64,000 bases of DNA, from the NCBI GenBank assembly GCA_032128875.1, contig JAVLKG010000007.1:32001-96000 (forward strand). The letters run 5' to 3'. Every line of letters begins with the position of its first letter. Position 1 is the first letter of the stretch. This document shows positions 59,759 through 64,000 of this stretch, one piece after another. Source of the stretch: Candidatus Melainabacteria bacterium 17Bon1m. GTDB lineage: Bacteria > Cyanobacteriota > Vampirovibrionia > Obscuribacterales > Obscuribacteraceae. The notes under the pieces are model-generated. The model saw only the letters and a program-made list of their open reading frames with translations, made no database searches and was not told the DNA's origin. Made by a program: the position numbers and the translations under genes.

Positions 59759-61613
59759 CCTGAATTATTCATGGACGGGGGATTTTGACTTCTGTGAAAT
59801 ACCCTAAGCCCGCATGCCAGCGGCTTAGTGGCGAAATGAGAGATTGATCAGAATTAAAGCAAAAAAGGCTTTTAAAGAATGGAAAAGGCTCCGAGAACAG
59901 CTCAGAATGCGTGGTTACGAAGCAACACATTTTCAGCTGGAAGGAGCCATTTCTGTGAAAAAGTCTATCGCGAATCCCCGAGTTTCACAACTGAAACTGG
60001 ATTTACTTCCGGTGAAGCCCGTAGTGTTGGGCTTTGAAGGGGAGGACGTGAGTGGAAACGGGGGGTTGCTCTTGGCTGGGCAACTGGAAAAGGCGACTGG
60101 ATTTCTAAAACAGGCAGCTGATCAGTTAGATGACCATCGTACAAGTTCGCTGATCAAGCACAATCTCTTTGAAGAAGTCGCTCAGCGGGTCTTTCAAATC
60201 GTAGCCGGTTTTGCTGCGTGTTCGGACAGCGACGTCATGCGGAATGATCCTGCACTAAAAATGGCTGTGGGACGAGATCCGCTGAGTGGGGAGGCACTCG
60301 CATCGCAGCCAAGCCACTGCCGTTTGGAAAACGGACGCACTTTTAAGGAGCTCTATCGGCTTAGCCAGTGGCTCATCGATTACTACATTCAGAGTCATCG
60401 AAAACCGCCCAAGCACTTGTTTCTGGATTTTGACGGTAGCGCGATTGAAACGCATGGAATGCAGCTAAACGCCTTCTACCGTGGCGGTCCGTACAAGAAA
60501 AACATGTATTTCCCGTTATTCGTATTTGATCAAAATGGCTGGTTGTTAGTCGCAGCCCTGCGTCCGGGAGATCAGGGTGAAATTGAATTGGCGTTACCAG
60601 TGTTGAAAAAACTAGTTAAACGATTGCGGAAAACCTGGCCCCAAGTTCGAATTACGGTGAGGGCAGATGGTGCATTCACGAGCAACGAATTCTACAAATG
60701 GATGGATGAGAACAACGTTCAGTACGTGCTCGGAATCAAAGAAAACCATGCGTTAGCAATCGAGACCAAGTACCTTCGGAGGGAGACAGAGAAAAAGTTC
60801 AAACGAAAACTAGATGAGCCGATGTTCAAAGGAAAGGCTGGAGACAAGCGGAAAAACGCGGCTCAGAAAGAATTGCGATCGATTGTTAACAAAGAGGAGC
60901 GCGGCAGGAAATTGAAGGAGTCGGAAGCCCGCCGAGTCCGATCCTTTGGAGATTTCAGATACGGTGCTAGAAGTTGGGACAAAGAAAGACGCGTAATCGC
61001 GAGATGTGATTACACTGACAAAGGGCTTGAAATGCGCTATATCGTGACGAACATTTCGCATCTGACAGCTCGAGAAATCTACGAAGACATTTATTGCAAG
61101 CGGGCCTTGGCGGAATTGGGAATCAAGAACATCAAAGAAACCAGGTGTACAAGACTTAGCTGCAGCCAGTTCAAAGCAAACATGTTTCGCCTGCTCTTGC
61201 ATGCGATGGTCTACGTGGTCATGCACCAGATTCGAATCAAACTAGCAACACCTAGAATGAGTTTTGAACAGCTTCGCCGGCGCTTTGTGAATGTCGCGCT
61301 GCGGGTGCAGGAATGCAGAAAAGAAGTTTGGGTAACAATATCCAAGAGCTATCACGCAGCAAAAGAGTTTCGACTAGTTGCAAAACGGCTTGGAATGTCA
61401 CCTCACTAAAACTGTGACTTGTATTTCTTTTGGCCGACACGCGGGCAGCCGCAATGGAAGGAAAACTATTTCCGCCCGTTCCGCCTGGCGTTTCGCATGT
61501 TGAAAGGGACTTTTGCAGGGTCGGAACGCCGGTTCAAAGTGCCGAATCACTACATTGCAAGCCAATCCTCATTCAAAATCCCACCCGACAACTATATGTA
61601 TGAATAGAGCAGG
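59759..61613 (+). mobile_element. IS1380-family insertion sequence, complete (1855 bp)
   Basis: Left end CCTGAATTATTCAT; right end ATGAATAGAGCAGG (reverse complement CCTGCTCTATTCAT). Flanked by direct repeat GTGG (59755-59758 and 61614-61617). Confidence 0.9.
59955..61409 (+). CDS. IS1380-family DDE transposase
   Basis: S..GGLLL, LASQPS..RLEN, LDFDGS, LRPG, VRADGAF, Y..R..AE..IK; AAGGAG precedes GTG 59955. Confidence 0.93.
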   Translation: MKKSIANPRVSQLKLDLLPVKPVVLGFEGEDVSGNGGLLLAGQLEKATGFLKQAADQLDDHRTSSLIKHNLFEEVAQRVFQIVAGFAACSDSDVMRNDPALKMAVGRDPLSGEALASQPSHCRLENGRTFKELYRLSQWLIDYYIQSHRKPPKHLFLDFDGSAIETHGMQLNAFYRGGPYKKNMYFPLFVFDQNGWLLVAALRPGDQGEIELALPVLKKLVKRLRKTWPQVRITVRADGAFTSNEFYKWMDENNVQYVLGIKENHALAIETKYLRRETEKKFKRKLDEPMFKGKAGDKRKNAAQKELRSIVNKEERGRKLKESEARRVRSFGDFRYGARSWDKERRVIARCDYTDKGLEMRYIVTNISHLTAREIYEDIYCKRALAELGIKNIKETRCTRLSCSQFKANMFRLLLHAMVYVVMHQIRIKLATPRMSFEQLRRRFVNVALRVQECRKEVWVTISKSYHAAKEFRLVAKRLGMSPH

Positions 61614-61621
61614 GTGGAAAA

Positions 61622-61666
61622 CGAGAAAAGAGAGGAGGAGAAAAATTTCTCCCCCTCTCCTTCTCG
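61622..61666 (-). terminator. Hairpin/terminator after the DUF4139 gene
   Basis: CGAGAAAAGAGAGGAGGAGAAA / TTTCTCCCCCTCTCCTTCTCG, with an A-run on its left. Confidence 0.6.
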
Positions 61667-61737
61667 CGCACGTTATCTAATCAACAACCGATGCGAAACG
61701 GCTGCTGGTTAGGTTGGTGCCTGAGCCGATGAGCGGC

Positions 61738-63390
61738 TTAGTTGATCTTCCAGCGGATGCCGTAGCCGATGGTGACCTGGCCGTTGGCCGGGACGTCGAC
61801 GGTGAAGGTGCCGCTGTTCTCGCTGTCGGTGATCAGCTCGTGGGTCTTGTCGAGGAAGCTGTAGCCGTGCGGCAACTGCTCCTGGACGATGACCTGGACC
61901 GGCGTGTCCTTGAAGTTGTAGACCGTGATCTCGCGCTGCTCCTCGCGGAAGCGCGGCTTCGGCTCCTTCTTCGCCTGCTTACCGGCGCCTTCGGCGACTT
62001 CCTGACGCCGACGCGCATGCTCACCGGGAGTGCCGACGCGCGGGCCGCCCTGGACGGACATACCCATGGTCATGCGCGGACCACCTTCGAAACCGCCTTC
62101 AAAACCGCCTTCGCTGGCGACTTCGTGCTGCGGATAGACGTGGCCGCCCTCCGGAACCGGCTCGACCACGGGCTCCTTCTCCTCGGGGTCCTGATGGAAG
62201 GACACCAGGCGGCGCGCACCCTTCACGTCGGACGACGGAGTGGTGAGCTCGAGCTTGAACGCCTCGCCCTTGGCGACGGCGCCGATGTGGAGCTGCGGGT
62301 CGGTCTTCTGGTACTTGCCGGTGGAATCCGGCTGGAAGACAGCGACTTCGCCGGCGGGAAGAGCGATGCCGAGGTTGTTGTCCTTGTCGTTGCGCAGACG
62401 CAGACGCACGAAGACGGGCAGCTTGCGGTCGTCTTCCTCGTTGGCGGCGAGCTGGTAGTGGTAGGCAGCCGGCAGGTAGAACTCGGCCTTCACCGGCACG
62501 TCCTTGGCGACGACCAGGTAGGGGCGCTTCGTCTCGCCGTTCTTCAGCGTCAGCTTCTCGGGCAGAACGTAGATCTTCTGTTCGCCGACGGAACCGACTT
62601 CGGCGTTGTCCGCGTAGTCAGCGGCACCGCCGAAGGAAGCCGCGGCAGCCATCGGCTGCATGGCGGACTCGAGGCCTTGAGCGCGCATGCGGCCGCGGCC
62701 ACCACCACGCGAGGTGTTGTGCGCAGCCAGCAGCTTCAGCTGGGCGTCATCGAAGTCGGCGCCGGTCTGGTTGGTCAGCTTGACGCGGCAGCGCAGCTTG
62801 GTCACGGTACCGGTCTTGTCGTCGTAGAACACCGCGTAACGCGGCGCCCACGAGAGACCGCCGGTCTCGTACATGGAATTGAGCAGGTAGACGCCGGATT
62901 CGGCAGTCGTGGGCTCGAGCGAGAGCGACGGAGTGGCGCTCAGGCCATCGGGGATCGATTCGAGCTCGAACTTCTGCGTGAGCGGAAGCACCTGGATGCC
63001 GTTGGCGTCCTCGATGACGAGCTGGTTGCCGAGCACGAAGCGAAGCGTGCCGGTGGTGCGAATCTGACCCTGAGAGGTCTGCTCGAGAAGCGTGATCTTG
63101 CGGCCGACCGCCTTCTGCAGCAGAGCTGCCGAGGAGAGGTTCGCCGGCTTGAAGCTGTCGGGACCGAGCTTGAAAGCACCGGGGCCGGAGACGTCGGAGA
63201 CCTCGAAGGAGTCCTCGACGAAGTTCTGGGGCAGTCCCTCGAGCTGGATGGTCACCTTGCCCTTGGGCAGCTCGACCTCGCGCGACTCGTGGACGACGGC
63301 ATCACCGGATTGGTAGACGGTGAGTTCGACAGACGTGGGCTTCTCGGAACGGACGACCTGTCCGTCATTCTTCGTAAGCGAAGTGCTCAT
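61738..63390 (-). CDS. DUF4139 family protein (no signal peptide)
   Basis: LTVY....VHE.R, Y.T.GLSW...Y, LTNQTG.DF..A.L.L.A, LGIALPAGEV.VF; AAGGA RBS. Confidence 0.85.
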   Translation of the reverse strand: MSTSLTKNDGQVVRSEKPTSVELTVYQSGDAVVHESREVELPKGKVTIQLEGLPQNFVEDSFEVSDVSGPGAFKLGPDSFKPANLSSAALLQKAVGRKITLLEQTSQGQIRTTGTLRFVLGNQLVIEDANGIQVLPLTQKFELESIPDGLSATPSLSLEPTTAESGVYLLNSMYETGGLSWAPRYAVFYDDKTGTVTKLRCRVKLTNQTGADFDDAQLKLLAAHNTSRGGGRGRMRAQGLESAMQPMAAAASFGGAADYADNAEVGSVGEQKIYVLPEKLTLKNGETKRPYLVVAKDVPVKAEFYLPAAYHYQLAANEEDDRKLPVFVRLRLRNDKDNNLGIALPAGEVAVFQPDSTGKYQKTDPQLHIGAVAKGEAFKLELTTPSSDVKGARRLVSFHQDPEEKEPVVEPVPEGGHVYPQHEVASEGGFEGGFEGGPRMTMGMSVQGGPRVGTPGEHARRRQEVAEGAGKQAKKEPKPRFREEQREITVYNFKDTPVQVIVQEQLPHGYSFLDKTHELITDSENSGTFTVDVPANGQVTIGYGIRWKIN

Positions 63391-64000
63391 GTGTTTACTT
63401 TTCCTTGCTTGCAGAGTGGACGTCTCCACTCAGGCTGGACCTTGGGTGTGACTTGCAGAATCGCAAGCCGGTGTAGGGAAGCAAGAATGCCTGACCACCC
63501 GCCTCGTAACACTCTCTCCGACCACGTGTTGCAAACCGACATGTGACATCCCTAGCCACCCTTGGGTGGGTTGGATGTTTATCGAGTTCAACTGCGCTGG
63601 AAAAGAGTGTCGGGTGGTATCAGGCAAAAATAGATGGGAATACGAGGTACGCCCACCCTAACAATCGCGATGATTCAGTTGCCATGGAGAAACGTCCAAT
63701 GTTTTACAAACGGCAATCATAAGAAGCGCACGGGCACCCGCAAATCTAATGATCACGGCATCAGCACGTGGAGTTGATTCCAAGAGGTGCGACAAATTTA
63801 GGTTTTCGCAATTGCCAAGCGATCGCGCGAGATACGAAAGGATGATGCAAAGCAGCACATACTGGTATGAGACGCGGCAATACCGGTCTGGCTGCAAAGT
63901 GCTAGCGCAAACTTTTGCACCGGCCGCGCACTTTCACGTCAAGTTCACGAAGCCTGCTGTTATATAGTCCTGTCAGCCCCTTCGATTTGGCAGCCCTATA

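Noticed and set aside
61714-63546. 610-aa plus-strand ORF over DUF4139
   Set aside because: Antisense shadow of the DUF4139 gene.

Overview
A 64-kb chromosomal window of a diderm bacterium. The inferred lineage is a non-photosynthetic Cyanobacteriota relative (Melainabacteria/Obscuribacterales-like), based on the gene mix: zinc-ribbon Ser/Thr kinases with LRRs, MlaE/F/D without MlaC, gatB, trmD, rnpB and no photosynthesis genes. This assignment is not verified. The window is a mosaic of two compositional classes. The lower-GC backbone carries mlaEFD, gatB, HU, trmD, rnpB, kinases, a histidine kinase and GTAG-type REP repeats. GC-rich blocks are interspersed: (i) 1-14.9 kb, a MoxR-DUF58-VWA(Bat-like) operon ending in a rhomboid protease, converging on a second BatD-like gene, two S41 proteases and a stand-alone ParB/Srx domain; (ii) mgtE; (iii) mgtC-PLD-DAG kinase-two acyltransferases-GH2; (iv) a divergent 5-domain S1 protein and a NadD-like protein with HIGH changed to HIRE; (v) a DUF4139 gene. 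The GC-rich genes repeatedly have heavily base-paired leaders that occlude the Shine-Dalgarno (SD) sequence, including one clear uORF-coupled two-state switch at 4640-4836. One complete IS1380 element with a 4-bp target duplication lies at 59759-61613. I saw no CRISPR array, tRNA, rRNA or prophage. All family calls come from motif recognition by eye, not database searches.
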